Notes under the pieces: generated by a model
Seen by the model: the letters and a program-made list of their open reading frames with translations, nothing else
What the model was told of the DNA's origin: nothing
Databases searched by the model: none
In this document: positions 20,014 through 29,577 of the stretch, in pieces
How the letters are laid out: each line of letters opens with the position of its first letter
Position numbering within the stretch: position 1 is the stretch's first letter
Program-made: the position numbers and the translations under genes
Source: an uncultured Dehalococcoidia bacterium
GTDB taxonomy: Bacteria; Chloroflexota; Dehalococcoidia; UBA6926
Reading direction: 5' to 3'
DNA: 64,000 bases
Assembly (NCBI GenBank): GCA_964405845.1
Contig: CAYOPL010000012.1
Location: 8,884 to 72,883, forward strand

Positions 20014-20259
20014 TCAGTTCTGCGCCGAGTTGTCTGCGTTGTGCGGATGCCTGCGGTTGCGTACACGTTGAACGGCCATCACGCCAAGCGTCCCGGCAAG
20101 CGTGCCGAATATCACGGGCAGGAAAAGCTTAACCGTGATCGGCATCTCTTCGAATTGCGCTACGCCCCAAACGATGCTGGCCGCGCCCACGATGGTATAG
20201 ACCATGATTGCCGCCGCGACCGCGATAAGCGCGCCCCCGACAACCCGCCCGATGCTCAC
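20014..20259 (-). CDS. Small two-TM membrane protein
   Basis: GTG start overlaps the purC stop (GTGA); two hydrophobic segments. Confidence 0.6.
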   Translation of the reverse strand: MSIGRVVGGALIAVAAAIMVYTIVGAASIVWGVAQFEEMPITVKLFLPVIFGTLAGTLGVMAVQRVRNRRHPHNADNSAQN

Positions 20260-21158
20260 AGGGCAAGCTCCTTGGACGTGAGCCGCTGATAGACATCGCG
20301 ATACTTGTCTATTGTCTGCTGCACGATGTCGTCCGGCAGCTCCGGCGCGGGCGGCTCGCGATTCCAACCGGACTCGATAAGCCAGTCGCGGATGATCTGC
20401 TTGTCAAAGCTCGGCTGTGACTTGCCTGCCTCATAGATGTTTGCATCCCAATAGCGGGACGAGTCGGGCGTCAACAGTTCATCGATCACAGAGATCTTGC
20501 CGTCGATGATGCCGAATTCAAACTTGGTGTCCGCCAGGATAACGCCCATCGCCTTGGCATACTCGGACGCCATGCGGTAAAGCGCGAGGCTGTGTTCCTC
20601 AAGCGGCCATGCAATGTTGCCGCCCACCAGCTTCCAAAGCTCGTCTACCGTCAGAGGCTGATCATGTCCCGTCTCCTCCTTGGTGGTGGGCGTGAAGAGG
20701 GGCTCCTCAAATGCTTGTGAATTAACCATATCCGCGGGCAGGTCATAGCCCTGAACTGAGCCGGATTTCTGGTATTCCGCCAACGCGGAGCCGGTGATGT
20801 ACCCGCGAACGACGCACTCGATGTCGATGCGCTCGGCCTTCTTGACCACCATCCCGCGGCGAGCGACTGCCTCATCGAGGTCGCCGAGTTTATATTGATT
20901 GGCCACCTCCGGCTCGTACGCCATGCCAACGAAATGATTAGGAAACTCATGGCCGGAACGGCGGAACCAGAACGCAGAGATCTCCGATAGGACAATGCCG
21001 CGCCCGGGGACACCCGTCGGCAAAACAACGTCAAATGCGGATACACGATCCGTTGCAACAAGCAGCAGCGTGTCATCGCCGAGGTCATACGTATCGCGGA
21101 CCTTGCCGCGATGGATCATTGGGAAGTCGAGCTGGGTTTCGATTAGGGCGTCTGTCAT
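20256..21158 (-). CDS. purC: SAICAR synthetase
   Basis: GKVRDTY, ATDRVSAFD, ECVVRGY, TPTTK, ADTKFEFG, DELLTPDSSRYW, SFDKQ. Confidence 0.96.
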   Translation of the reverse strand: MTDALIETQLDFPMIHRGKVRDTYDLGDDTLLLVATDRVSAFDVVLPTGVPGRGIVLSEISAFWFRRSGHEFPNHFVGMAYEPEVANQYKLGDLDEAVARRGMVVKKAERIDIECVVRGYITGSALAEYQKSGSVQGYDLPADMVNSQAFEEPLFTPTTKEETGHDQPLTVDELWKLVGGNIAWPLEEHSLALYRMASEYAKAMGVILADTKFEFGIIDGKISVIDELLTPDSSRYWDANIYEAGKSQPSFDKQIIRDWLIESGWNREPPAPELPDDIVQQTIDKYRDVYQRLTSKELAL

Positions 21159-21259
21159 GGCCTCATTGTAGCGCACGGCATGGGGGCGGCGGGCGATATT
21201 ATGTTGCGTTGTGCCGTAGAATTATGAGAGCGCGGTTGAACGAGCGAGGAGGCGAAACG

Positions 21260-21897
21260 ATGTTGTTGAGCACGTACATCGGGTTGATTGTGCGGCCCGT
21301 TCACACGATTCAGCAGATTGTGGATGATCGGCCGGTAGGACTGGGCCTCCTGACGCTCCTGATTGTGGCCATTGCTAACGGAATTGTGACATTCGGCTTG
21401 GGAATTGATACGGCGACATTCGAAGAGTTTTCAGGCGAAGAAATTACTATTGGCACTGGCTTCGTCGTCATTGGAGCCCTCTTGTTCGTCGCTTTCGTCG
21501 CGGTTGAACTGGGCTTCTTCTCCGTGATTGTGCATTTCATCTCGAAGCTGTTCGGCGGCGACGGGGCATACACAGGGATGTTGGCCGGCTTGATGATGCT
21601 GTCTGTCCTGAGCCTGATTCCACTTGTCCCGTCACTGCTCGATGTTCTTGCTAGGGGCGAAGATGGATCAACTGCATTTGAGGCGATTGCCACGGTGGTC
21701 AGCCTTGTCGTGGCTGTCTGGTCGATCGTGCTGGCTATTCTCCTGATCCGCGAGAACTATCGCCTGACCACAGGGATGGCCGTTTAAACGGCATTGCGTC
21801 TCTCTTCGCCTCGATCGTCGTCGCCGTCATCCTGTTCATCCTGCTGATCATCGTCCTAGTCGCCATCGTCGTGGCACTGGGGGTCGCGACAGGCTAG
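21260..21897 (+). pseudogene. Yip1 family membrane protein, frameshifted near 21784 (possible sequencing error)
   Basis: GGAGG RBS and Yip1-like TM pattern; stop at 21785-21787, but the last hydrophobic helix continues in the -1 frame to TAG at 21897. Confidence 0.65.
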
Positions 21898-21936
21898 CGT
21901 TGCGCATCCAAGACCACTACCAATAAAACGAGACCT

Positions 21937-21968
21937 GTGGGCGGCGCACAAGCGCCGCCCATGCCTTT
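21937..21968 (+). terminator. Rho-independent terminator-like hairpin
   Basis: GTGGGCGGCGC-ACAA-GCGCCGCCCAT followed by GCCTTTT. Confidence 0.65.
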
Positions 21969-21997
21969 TAAGCTCGCCTCCCGCGTACTATGGATTG

Positions 21998-22639
21998 ATG
22001 TTTATTGATCCGTCCGCAGGAGGAGATGCCCAAAGCGTGGGAGTGCCGGGACCGCAGAAACGCAAGCGGCCCGTGACGTTCTACCTGCGCGGCATCGTGC
22101 GGACGCCCTCGTACTCGTTCAGCGATATCGCCATCGACCAGCCGATATGGCGTGGGACGGGCCTGCTGCTCGCCGGTCTGGCCATGGCAGGGGCGCTGTT
22201 TGGGCTCGGCGGCCTGATTTCCGACTACGATGGCCTGCAGGGCATGGCCATTGGTGTCGTGGGGTTCACTTTGGCCGGATACACAGCGTTCTTGTTCTTG
22301 ATGGTATTGCTGCACGTCATCGGCAAGGCATTCGAGGGCGAGGCAAGTATCGCAGAAGAACTTTCAGCGATGACCTGGGCCGCCCTGTCTTTCTGGCTGC
22401 TCGTCCCAACTGCATTGCTCTGGCTAGTTGCTGGAAGCGCGGGGCCGTGGATCCTGACGCTGGGAATCATCGTGACGTCCCTGGCCGTGATCCGCCTAAC
22501 CTACATCGCCATCCGTGAGGCGAATCGATTTGTCGGTACGCAGGCCATCCTGACCATGCTGATGCTGCCGCTTGGCGCGGGGCTACTGGCTATTGCAACC
22601 TTTTTCGTCTTCGCGTTCGGCACGCTGATTTTTGAATAA
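21998..22639 (+). CDS. Yip1 family membrane protein (second copy)
   Basis: GIVRTP..SF, LHVIGKAFEG, AIREAN; five hydrophobic segments; same architecture as the upstream paralog. Confidence 0.7.
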   Translation: MFIDPSAGGDAQSVGVPGPQKRKRPVTFYLRGIVRTPSYSFSDIAIDQPIWRGTGLLLAGLAMAGALFGLGGLISDYDGLQGMAIGVVGFTLAGYTAFLFLMVLLHVIGKAFEGEASIAEELSAMTWAALSFWLLVPTALLWLVAGSAGPWILTLGIIVTSLAVIRLTYIAIREANRFVGTQAILTMLMLPLGAGLLAIATFFVFAFGTLIFE

Positions 22640-22692
22640 GGCAGCACGACTAGACCCATCGCGTATACTGTGGACATAAACAGGGAGGCAGT

Positions 22693-22896
22693 ATGACGAT
22701 TCCAAGCGGACTCGAGTTGATTCTGATTCTGGCGATCATCCTGTTGATATTTGGGGGCGCCAAACTTCCCGGCCTTGCCCGCTCTATGGGAAGCTCGATT
22801 CGGGAGTTCCGCAAGGGAGCAGAACTGGAAGAGAGCAAGCCGTCCGAGGACGCCAAGGAGAGCTCGGAATCGGATTCAACAACTGCGAAGACCTAG
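22693..22896 (+). CDS. tatA: Twin-arginine translocase TatA
   Basis: ELILILAIILLIFGGAKLPGLARSMGSSIREFRKG. Confidence 0.95.
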   Translation: MTIPSGLELILILAIILLIFGGAKLPGLARSMGSSIREFRKGAELEESKPSEDAKESSESDSTTAKT

Positions 22897-22923
22897 AGTC
22901 TCGAAACCAAGGCTAAGCAGACC

Positions 22924-22952
22924 GAACGCCGCCCACCGGGCGGCGTTCTTTT
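22924..22952 (+). terminator. Rho-independent terminator after tatA
   Basis: GAACGCCGCCC-ACC-GGGCGGCGTTC followed by TTTT. Confidence 0.8.
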
Positions 22953-22997
22953 ATTCCCTGAATTCCTGCCCTCGTTCCGGCGTAAGCGGGAACCTGC

Positions 22998-23744
22998 TCA
23001 CTCACTGCGTCTTCGCTGCCAAGCCGCAAATCGAGCCATGAGCAGCCCGATTTCATAGAGCACCCATATTGGGATTCCCCAGATAACCATGTTGATGGGA
23101 TCGCCCGTGGGTGTGATGATTGCCGCCGCCACGAATGACAGCAGAATCGCTCCCTTGCGCTTGGTTCGCAGGCTCGCCGGATCGATGATGTCGATGCGCG
23201 CAAGCAGATACATGATGACTGGCAGCTCGAATAGCAGGCCCATGGCAAAGATCAGCCAGACCGTCGTGCCCACAATGCTGTCGATGCGTATCTGCGGTTC
23301 AATATCATCCCCGAGAAATTGTGGAAGGATTTGCATCATCACCGGGATAGGCACAAAAAACGCAAAGAGGATTCCGGCGGCAAACAGGATGCTCACGATT
23401 GGCAGGGCGATGTAGACAAAGCGCTTCTCGGAGCCAGTCAGCGCGGGACGAACGAACATGATGGTCTGGTAGAGGATCATTGGGAACGCGACAATTATTC
23501 CGCCCAGGAGTGCAATCTTCATGCGGACGCGCACGCCCTCGAGTACGTCGATTTGCACCACCTCGATGTCATCCGGGAATGGAATCAGCAGAACGTCGAT
23601 GAGCCGATTACCGACTGCGAACGCGGCGACCGCTCCGATGCCCACCACGATGAACGTCCACATGAGCCGCGTCCGCAGTTCCCGCAGATGCGAGGACAGA
23701 GGCATTGTTGCGCCTGACACGCCCTCCGGCTCAGGGGTTGTCAC
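22998..23744 (-). CDS. tatC: Twin-arginine translocase TatC
   Basis: MPLSSHLRELRTRL, FVRPAL..EK, GLLFELP, AAIITPTGD, LYEIG. Confidence 0.95.
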   Translation of the reverse strand: MTTPEPEGVSGATMPLSSHLRELRTRLMWTFIVVGIGAVAAFAVGNRLIDVLLIPFPDDIEVVQIDVLEGVRVRMKIALLGGIIVAFPMILYQTIMFVRPALTGSEKRFVYIALPIVSILFAAGILFAFFVPIPVMMQILPQFLGDDIEPQIRIDSIVGTTVWLIFAMGLLFELPVIMYLLARIDIIDPASLRTKRKGAILLSFVAAAIITPTGDPINMVIWGIPIWVLYEIGLLMARFAAWQRRRSE

Positions 23745-24100
23745 CGGCCATCCTCCGGCCGGGACTCTTCGGCAGGCTGCTCACTTTCTTCGGGCTGGGT
23801 TGTTTCCTCTGTCGATTGTTCAGCCCGCCCCGAGTTCCGGCGTGGTTCAGACAGGTCAAGGGGACGGCGGAGTCGTGATTCAACTTCGCGGACGGACTCT
23901 CTCGCCGAGCGGAGCGGTTCCGTTTCCTCCCGAGCCTGCGTCTGCAGATCCTCCGTCATGGAGTTGATGGTGCGGCGTGCCCGGGCGATGAGCCTGCCAA
24001 TCTCGCCCGCTATCTCCGCGGCCCGTGATGGCCCAACGATGATGATGGCCAGACCGGCCAGAAAGAGAAGCTCAAGCCCTCCGACGTTCAAGAAGTCCAT
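23741..24100 (-). CDS. tatB: Twin-arginine translocase TatB
   Basis: FLNVGGLELLFLAGLAIIIVGP followed by an amphipathic helix; overlaps the tatC start. Confidence 0.85.
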   Translation of the reverse strand: MDFLNVGGLELLFLAGLAIIIVGPSRAAEIAGEIGRLIARARRTINSMTEDLQTQAREETEPLRSARESVREVESRLRRPLDLSEPRRNSGRAEQSTEETTQPEESEQPAEESRPEDGR

Positions 24101-24190
24101 ACGGAAAGTGTATCTGACGCCTGCCACCGCCCGTCGCTGTTATGATTGGCGGGTAGGGGCCGCTGACCTGTAAGCGTCGGAGGAGTATGG

Positions 24191-25714
24191 GTGGCTGAAG
24201 CGGACGAGCTGGTCTTAAGCCTGTTAGTTCTCTTGCCGTTCGTGGGCGGTCTGGCGCTTATTCTCGTTCCGGGCCGTCAGCCCAACACCATCCGTGGTAT
24301 CGCCACCGCCGTCACCGGCGCCACTTTCGCCCTCTCCATCTATCTGGCCCTCCGCCACTATCTGAGCGCACCGGCCGGAGCAGAGTTCTGGCCGCTAACC
24401 CGCGTCGAATGGCTGCCAAGCCTCGGGATCGGATTCACGCTTGGCGTGGACGGCATCTCCGTGCTGATGGTGTTGTTGAACGGCGTGGTTGCCTTTGCCG
24501 GAACCCTGGTCGCTTGGCGACTTCCCGACAGAACCAAGGAGTTCTTTGTCCTCTTCCTGCTTCTCATTGCGGGCGTCTACGGAGTCTTCGTTGCCCTCGA
24601 CCTCTTCTTCTTCTTCTTCTTCTACGAGCTCGCCGTGATCCCCATGTACCTCTTGATCGGCGTGTGGGGCAGCTCGACGGACTTCCGCTCTTACGTCCCG
24701 CCGCTCCTGTTCAGCCGCACCAAGGAATACAGCGCAATGAAGCTGACCATCATGCTCAGCCTCGGCAGCGTCCTGGTGTGGGTGGCCCTCATCGCGCTCT
24801 ATATCTTCGCGGACAACCCGACATTCGACTTCCTCAGCCTCCGGGACAACGAGGAATACTCACGCGAATTCCAATTGCTCTTCTTCCCGATAGTCGCAGT
24901 TGGATTCGGCGTGCTGGCAGGACTCTGGCCGTTCCACACGTGGTCGCCGGATGGCCACGTTGCCGCGCCAACGTCTGTCAGCATGTTGCACGCCGGTGTG
25001 CTCATGAAGCTGGGCGCATACGGCATCCTCCGCATTGGGATGGATCTGTTTCCACAGGGAGCAGAAGCATGGATGCCTGTCCTGATCATCCTCGCGACAA
25101 TCAACGTCGTCTATGGCGCGATATCCGCCCTTGGGCAGCGCGACCTCAAGTACGTCATCGGCTATTCCAGCGTCAGCCACATGGGCTACGTGATCATGGG
25201 ACTCGCAACACTTGACCCGCTCGGCGTGAACGGCGCAGTCCTGCAGATGTTCTCCCACGGCGTCATGACAGCCCTCTTCTTCGTGCTCGTCGGCGCAGTC
25301 TACGACCGCGCTCACATTCGCGACATCGGCGTACTGGAGGGGTTGGCCAAACGGATGGGGGGCACGGCGACATTCTTCGCAATCGCCGGCTTAGCATCGC
25401 TGGGGCTCCCGGGCCTCAGCGGATTCGTCGCGGAGCTGCTGGTTTTCATCGGCGCGTTCAACACATATCCGCTCGTGGGCGTGCTGGGGGTGTTCGCGGC
25501 GGCCGTAACGGCGGTCTACGTACTGCGACTGCTGGGCAAGGTTTTCTTCGGCCCAGTCAGCGAGCGATGGCAAGGACTGACGGACGCCTCGCGTGTGGAA
25601 CTCGCGGCAGGTGGACTGCTCATCGCATTCATCGTCGCCATCGGCCTCTGGCCGTTCCCGTGGATTGAATTGATCGACAGCGACGTGACGGCGCTACTGG
25701 GGAGGATCGGGTGA
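24191..25714 (+). CDS. nuoM: NADH-quinone oxidoreductase subunit M
   Basis: GVDGIS, FFYEL..PMY, PFHTWSPDGH, HAGVLMKLGAYG, YSSVSHMG, SHG, LGLPG.SGFVAE. Confidence 0.93.
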   Translation: MAEADELVLSLLVLLPFVGGLALILVPGRQPNTIRGIATAVTGATFALSIYLALRHYLSAPAGAEFWPLTRVEWLPSLGIGFTLGVDGISVLMVLLNGVVAFAGTLVAWRLPDRTKEFFVLFLLLIAGVYGVFVALDLFFFFFFYELAVIPMYLLIGVWGSSTDFRSYVPPLLFSRTKEYSAMKLTIMLSLGSVLVWVALIALYIFADNPTFDFLSLRDNEEYSREFQLLFFPIVAVGFGVLAGLWPFHTWSPDGHVAAPTSVSMLHAGVLMKLGAYGILRIGMDLFPQGAEAWMPVLIILATINVVYGAISALGQRDLKYVIGYSSVSHMGYVIMGLATLDPLGVNGAVLQMFSHGVMTALFFVLVGAVYDRAHIRDIGVLEGLAKRMGGTATFFAIAGLASLGLPGLSGFVAELLVFIGAFNTYPLVGVLGVFAAAVTAVYVLRLLGKVFFGPVSERWQGLTDASRVELAAGGLLIAFIVAIGLWPFPWIELIDSDVTALLGRIG

Positions 25715-25832
25715 GTTTCGCAATCGAAATTATCGCGTCGATTTTGTCGTCGATAGTCGGCATCATCGGTTCCGCTATGAGAAAGACGCGAGGTCATAGT
25801 TCAAGTGACCAGGCAGGCTAGGAAGGGATTCG

Positions 25833-25862
25833 TTGACACTATGTTTGAGCCGCACATAGACT
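25833..25862 (+). promoter_or_regulatory. Sigma70-type promoter upstream of nuoA
   Basis: TTGACA-18 nt-TAGACT inside the 169-bp nuoM-nuoA gap. Confidence 0.55.
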
Positions 25863-25883
25863 GGCCGACAGGAGTGCAGGGGA

Positions 25884-26252
25884 ATGCCGGCTGAGTATGC
25901 GTTCAACTGGGCCGCTGTGGGAATTGCCGCTATTTTCGGATTCGGCGGTGTTGCATCCTTCTTTGTTATCTCGTGGATTCTCGCGCCGCGCCGCGCCACA
26001 AGCCTCTCCGGCATTGCCTATGAGTGCGGCATTCTACCCACGGGCGAGGGCAACACCCGCTACAACGTTCGCTACTACCTCTTTGCCCTCTTCTTCCTGA
26101 TCTTTGCGGTGGAGACCGTTTTCCTTTTTCCGTGGGCGTTCGTGTTCCTTGATTTGCCCGCCGCCGCGTTCTATTCAATGGTGATCTTTCTTGTCGTGTT
26201 GTTCTTTGGACTGGTGTACGCATGGCGTAAGGGGGTGTTGTCCTGGCGATGA
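25884..26252 (+). CDS. nuoA: NADH-quinone oxidoreductase subunit A
   Basis: [37 protein letters not shown]. Confidence 0.95.
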   Translation: MPAEYAFNWAAVGIAAIFGFGGVASFFVISWILAPRRATSLSGIAYECGILPTGEGNTRYNVRYYLFALFFLIFAVETVFLFPWAFVFLDLPAAAFYSMVIFLVVLFFGLVYAWRKGVLSWR

Positions 26253-26821
26253 ATATTGAATCCGCAGGCGGGCAAGGTGGCACAGGGCAGGGCCCCGTCA
26301 TCTCCACGCCGGAATCCCGCATGGCGCTGCAGAATATTGCGGCACATCAGAAGAGCGGCCTCTCGGGCGTCATCACGCTAAAGACCGAAGAGTTGTTCGC
26401 GATGGCACGAAAATCCTCGCTGTGGCCGCTCACGTTCGGCTTGGCGTGCTGCGCCATCGAGATGATCTCTGCTTATATGCCTAAGCATGATTTCGACCGC
26501 TACGGCGTCGTTACATGGCCGTCACCACGCCAATCCGACGTCATGATCGTGGCGGGAACGGTCGTCAAGAAAATGGCTGAGCCCATCAAGCTCCTGTATG
26601 AACAGATGCCCGCTCCTAAATGGGTCGTTGCGATGGGGTCATGCGCGACGTGTGGCGGCCCATATGTCCGCTCCTATTCCGTTGTGATGGGAGTGGACCA
26701 GATCATCCCCGTGGACGTGTACGTGCCGGGCTGCCCGCCCCGCCCGGAGGCGTTGCAGCACGGAATCCTTGAACTCCAGCGCAAGATCCAGGAAGAGCCC
26801 AAGCTCAAGAGGGGTCTCTAG
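26249..26821 (+). CDS. nuoB: NADH-quinone oxidoreductase subunit B
   Basis: [34 protein letters not shown]. Confidence 0.96.
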   Translation: MNIESAGGQGGTGQGPVISTPESRMALQNIAAHQKSGLSGVITLKTEELFAMARKSSLWPLTFGLACCAIEMISAYMPKHDFDRYGVVTWPSPRQSDVMIVAGTVVKKMAEPIKLLYEQMPAPKWVVAMGSCATCGGPYVRSYSVVMGVDQIIPVDVYVPGCPPRPEALQHGILELQRKIQEEPKLKRGL

Positions 26822-27319
26822 GTGACGTCGGGAGACCGGCCTGAGGATGCCGCCGTGTCCTCACCGATCGAGGCGCGCGTACGGGAGATTGCTGCCGGCA
26901 AGGCGCAATCTATTGACTACTCGTTTGATGAATTGCAATTGCATGTCTCCCGCGAGTCCGTCGTTGATGTGTGCGCTGCGCTAAAGGCGGATCCGGAACT
27001 GGATTTCAAATACCTCCGCTGCCTTTCGGTCGTCGACTGGCAAGACGAGTTGGAGGCGGTCTATCACCTCACCTCTCTAAGCCATCCTCACAAGGTGGTG
27101 GTCAAGACACGCGTGCCCACAATCGATCCGTGGATTCCGACGATGATCGGCGTCTGGAAGGGCGCGGACTGGCACGAGCGTGAAGGACATGATCTTTTTG
27201 GCTTGGAGTTTCGCGGCCACCCCGACCTGTCGCCACTGATCCTCTATGAAGGGTTTGAAGGATTCCCGGGACGCAAGAGCTATGACATTCCGGAGCAGGT
27301 GACATTCTATGGTGACTGA
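26822..27319 (+). CDS. nuoC: NADH-quinone oxidoreductase subunit C
   Basis: LSVVDW, VYHL, WHEREGHDLFG..FRGHPDL, FPGRK. Confidence 0.93.
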   Translation: MTSGDRPEDAAVSSPIEARVREIAAGKAQSIDYSFDELQLHVSRESVVDVCAALKADPELDFKYLRCLSVVDWQDELEAVYHLTSLSHPHKVVVKTRVPTIDPWIPTMIGVWKGADWHEREGHDLFGLEFRGHPDLSPLILYEGFEGFPGRKSYDIPEQVTFYGD

Positions 27320-28454
27320 CTCCGGACTGTCGGCTAACATCGTGCGCGACCCCGTCACAGAACAGGCGGAGTTGAGCATCAACATGGGGCCGCAGCACCC
27401 CGCCACGCACGGCGTTTTCCGCATGGTGCTCACGCTTGACGGTGAGCGAGTCGTTGATGTCTATCCTCACATCGGCTACCTGCATCGCGGCTCTGAACGG
27501 CTGGCAGAGGGTGAGAACTTTCAACAGATCACCACTCTTTTTGACCGCCTCGACTATGTGGCCAATTTCAACAATGAATGGGTCTATGTCCGCGCGGTCG
27601 AGAAGGCGATGGGCGTCGAAGTGCCGGAGCGCGCCGACTACATCCGCCTGATACTTTCCGAACTCAACCGCATCGCGAGCCATCTGCTGTTTTACGGCAC
27701 GTACGGGTTGGACACCGGCGCGATGAACCCCGTGATGATTGGGTTCCGCGACCGCGAGCGAATCCAACAGATATTCGAGGGCGTCACGGGTGCGCGCATG
27801 ATGCACAACTACTTCCGCATCGGCGGTGTTAAGGAAGACCTGCCGGACGGATTCGTCCCAGCCGTGCGCGCCCTCCTGGATCAACTCAAGGTTGGATATG
27901 AAGAGGCGCGGGGTACGCTCACGGAGAGCGAGATTTTCATCGAGCGGACGGCCGGCATCGGAGTGATACCTGCGGAGGATTTGCTTGACTACGGCGTGAC
28001 GGGGCCGCTGCTCCGCTCGGCGGGCATCGACTACGACATTCGCAAGGCCGATCCCTACTCCGTCTATGAAGAACTGGATTTCCGTGTTCCGACAGGACAG
28101 ACAGGGGACTGCTACGACCGCTATATGGTGCGGATGCTGGAGATTGAGCAGTCGATTTCCATCGTCGCACAGGCCTTGGACAAGCTTCCGGACGGCCCAT
28201 TCATGGGCCGTGTGCCGCGCATCCTCCGTCCGCCGGAGGGGGATGTATACGTCCATGGCGAGAACCCGCGCGGTGATCTGGGTGTCTATCTCGTTTCATC
28301 GGGCGGCACGGTTCAACCCTATCGCCTCAAGATTCGCGGCCCGAGCTTCTGTAACCTCATGGCGCTGCCCGCCATGATTCGCGGCTCGTACCTTGCCGAC
28401 GCTACGGTAATACTCGGATCCATGGACATTGTTCTTGGTGAGGTTGATCGATGA
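27309..28454 (+). CDS. nuoD: NADH-quinone oxidoreductase subunit D
   Basis: NMGPQHPATHGVFR, IGYLHRG, DRLDY, ELNRIASH, ENPRG, DIVLGEVDR; no NiFe CxxC motifs. Confidence 0.96.
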   Translation: MVTDSGLSANIVRDPVTEQAELSINMGPQHPATHGVFRMVLTLDGERVVDVYPHIGYLHRGSERLAEGENFQQITTLFDRLDYVANFNNEWVYVRAVEKAMGVEVPERADYIRLILSELNRIASHLLFYGTYGLDTGAMNPVMIGFRDRERIQQIFEGVTGARMMHNYFRIGGVKEDLPDGFVPAVRALLDQLKVGYEEARGTLTESEIFIERTAGIGVIPAEDLLDYGVTGPLLRSAGIDYDIRKADPYSVYEELDFRVPTGQTGDCYDRYMVRMLEIEQSISIVAQALDKLPDGPFMGRVPRILRPPEGDVYVHGENPRGDLGVYLVSSGGTVQPYRLKIRGPSFCNLMALPAMIRGSYLADATVILGSMDIVLGEVDR

Positions 28455-29575
28455 GCCTCCTTGACCTCATCACCATAGCCATCATCGTCTTTGTGCTGTT
28501 CAACGGCATCCTGACCGCCGTGCTCGGCGTGATTTGGGCGGAACGCAAAGCGCTTGCCCGCCTGCAGCAGCGCGTCGGACCCTCACGCACCGGGCCGTCA
28601 GGCATCCTGCAGACGGCGGCGGACGCGATCAAGTTGATGCTCAAAGAAGATGTGCGTCCCGGCAGCGTCAACATCGTTATCTTCTATGTTGCTCCGCTTC
28701 TCATCTTTACGCCGATCTTCATGCTCTGGATGGTGCTGCCGTTCGGCCCCGACTGGGTGCTGAGCGACCTCGATATCGGGCTGTTCTACATCATCGCCAT
28801 CCTTGGGCTGTCCGTCGTGGGTCATGTACTGGCTGGATGGGCGTCCAACAATAAATACGCGCTGCTTGGCAGCGCGCGGAACGCTGCCCAGTTGATTAGC
28901 TACGAGTTGCCGCTCGTCTTTGCCGTGCTGGCCGTTGGACTGCTGGCGCAAACTGCTACGGATCGCCCATTCAGCCTCGCTGGCATCGTGGAGGCGCAGG
29001 GCAGCATCCCGTATCTGGTAATCATGCCGCTGGGCTTCATCCTCTTCCTTGTTGGGGCATTGGCCGAAACGGCGCGCATTCCGTTTGATATTCCGCACGC
29101 GGAGGAGGAGATTGTTGGTGGCGCGTTCGTTGAATACTCCGGCATCCGTTGGGGCGTGTTCTTCCTGACCGAGTACGCGGGACTGGCGACGATGGCGTTC
29201 CTAGCGACAATCCTCTTCCTGGGCGGATGGACAGGGCCGTTCTCTGAACAGGTCCCGATTCTTCAGCCCTTCTACCTCTTGGTGAAGATGGCCGCCATCA
29301 TCCTCATCGTGTTTTGGATACGAGCGCCGCTGCCCCGACTCCGCATCGACCAGCTCATGGCGTTCGCGTGGAAACTGGCAATTCCGGCATCGCTCGTGAA
29401 CCTCCTGGTGGTAGCGACCGCCGTCTGGGTACAGCACCAGAACGGCTGGGAGCTGTGGGTGACAAGTGTGACAATCAGTGTGGTCAGCATCGTGCTGGCC
29501 GTGGCAGCCGGCATCTTCATTCAGCGGCGTAGAGAACAGAGACTCCGTCAGTTCAGGCAAAGGTGGGCGCAATAG
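28451..29575 (+). CDS. nuoH: NADH-quinone oxidoreductase subunit H
   Basis: ERK..ARLQQRVGP, ADAIKLMLKED, SNNKYALLG, SYELP, RIPFD, EYSG, PRLRIDQLM. Confidence 0.96.
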   Translation: MSLLDLITIAIIVFVLFNGILTAVLGVIWAERKALARLQQRVGPSRTGPSGILQTAADAIKLMLKEDVRPGSVNIVIFYVAPLLIFTPIFMLWMVLPFGPDWVLSDLDIGLFYIIAILGLSVVGHVLAGWASNNKYALLGSARNAAQLISYELPLVFAVLAVGLLAQTATDRPFSLAGIVEAQGSIPYLVIMPLGFILFLVGALAETARIPFDIPHAEEEIVGGAFVEYSGIRWGVFFLTEYAGLATMAFLATILFLGGWTGPFSEQVPILQPFYLLVKMAAIILIVFWIRAPLPRLRIDQLMAFAWKLAIPASLVNLLVVATAVWVQHQNGWELWVTSVTISVVSIVLAVAAGIFIQRRREQRLRQFRQRWAQ

Positions 29576-29577
29576 TC

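Noticed and set aside
21782-21789. TTTAAAC looks like the classic -1 programmed frameshift heptamer
   Set aside because: The incoming frame is GTT-TAA, not TTA-AAC, so tandem slippage geometry does not fit; a one-base deletion explains it better.
21937-22952. Shared GGGCGGCG arms in neighbouring hairpins as a REP-like repeat family
   Set aside because: There are only two or three short GC-rich stems, each at a gene end; ordinary terminators explain them.
24605-24622. (TTC)6 microsatellite in nuoM
   Set aside because: It is in frame and encodes the normally Phe-rich helix before the conserved Glu; there is no sign of phase variation.
26249-28454. nuoB/nuoD as a group 4 NiFe hydrogenase
   Set aside because: NuoD lacks both CxxC nickel motifs and has the quinone-site His/Tyr residues; NuoB has the tandem CC of complex I.
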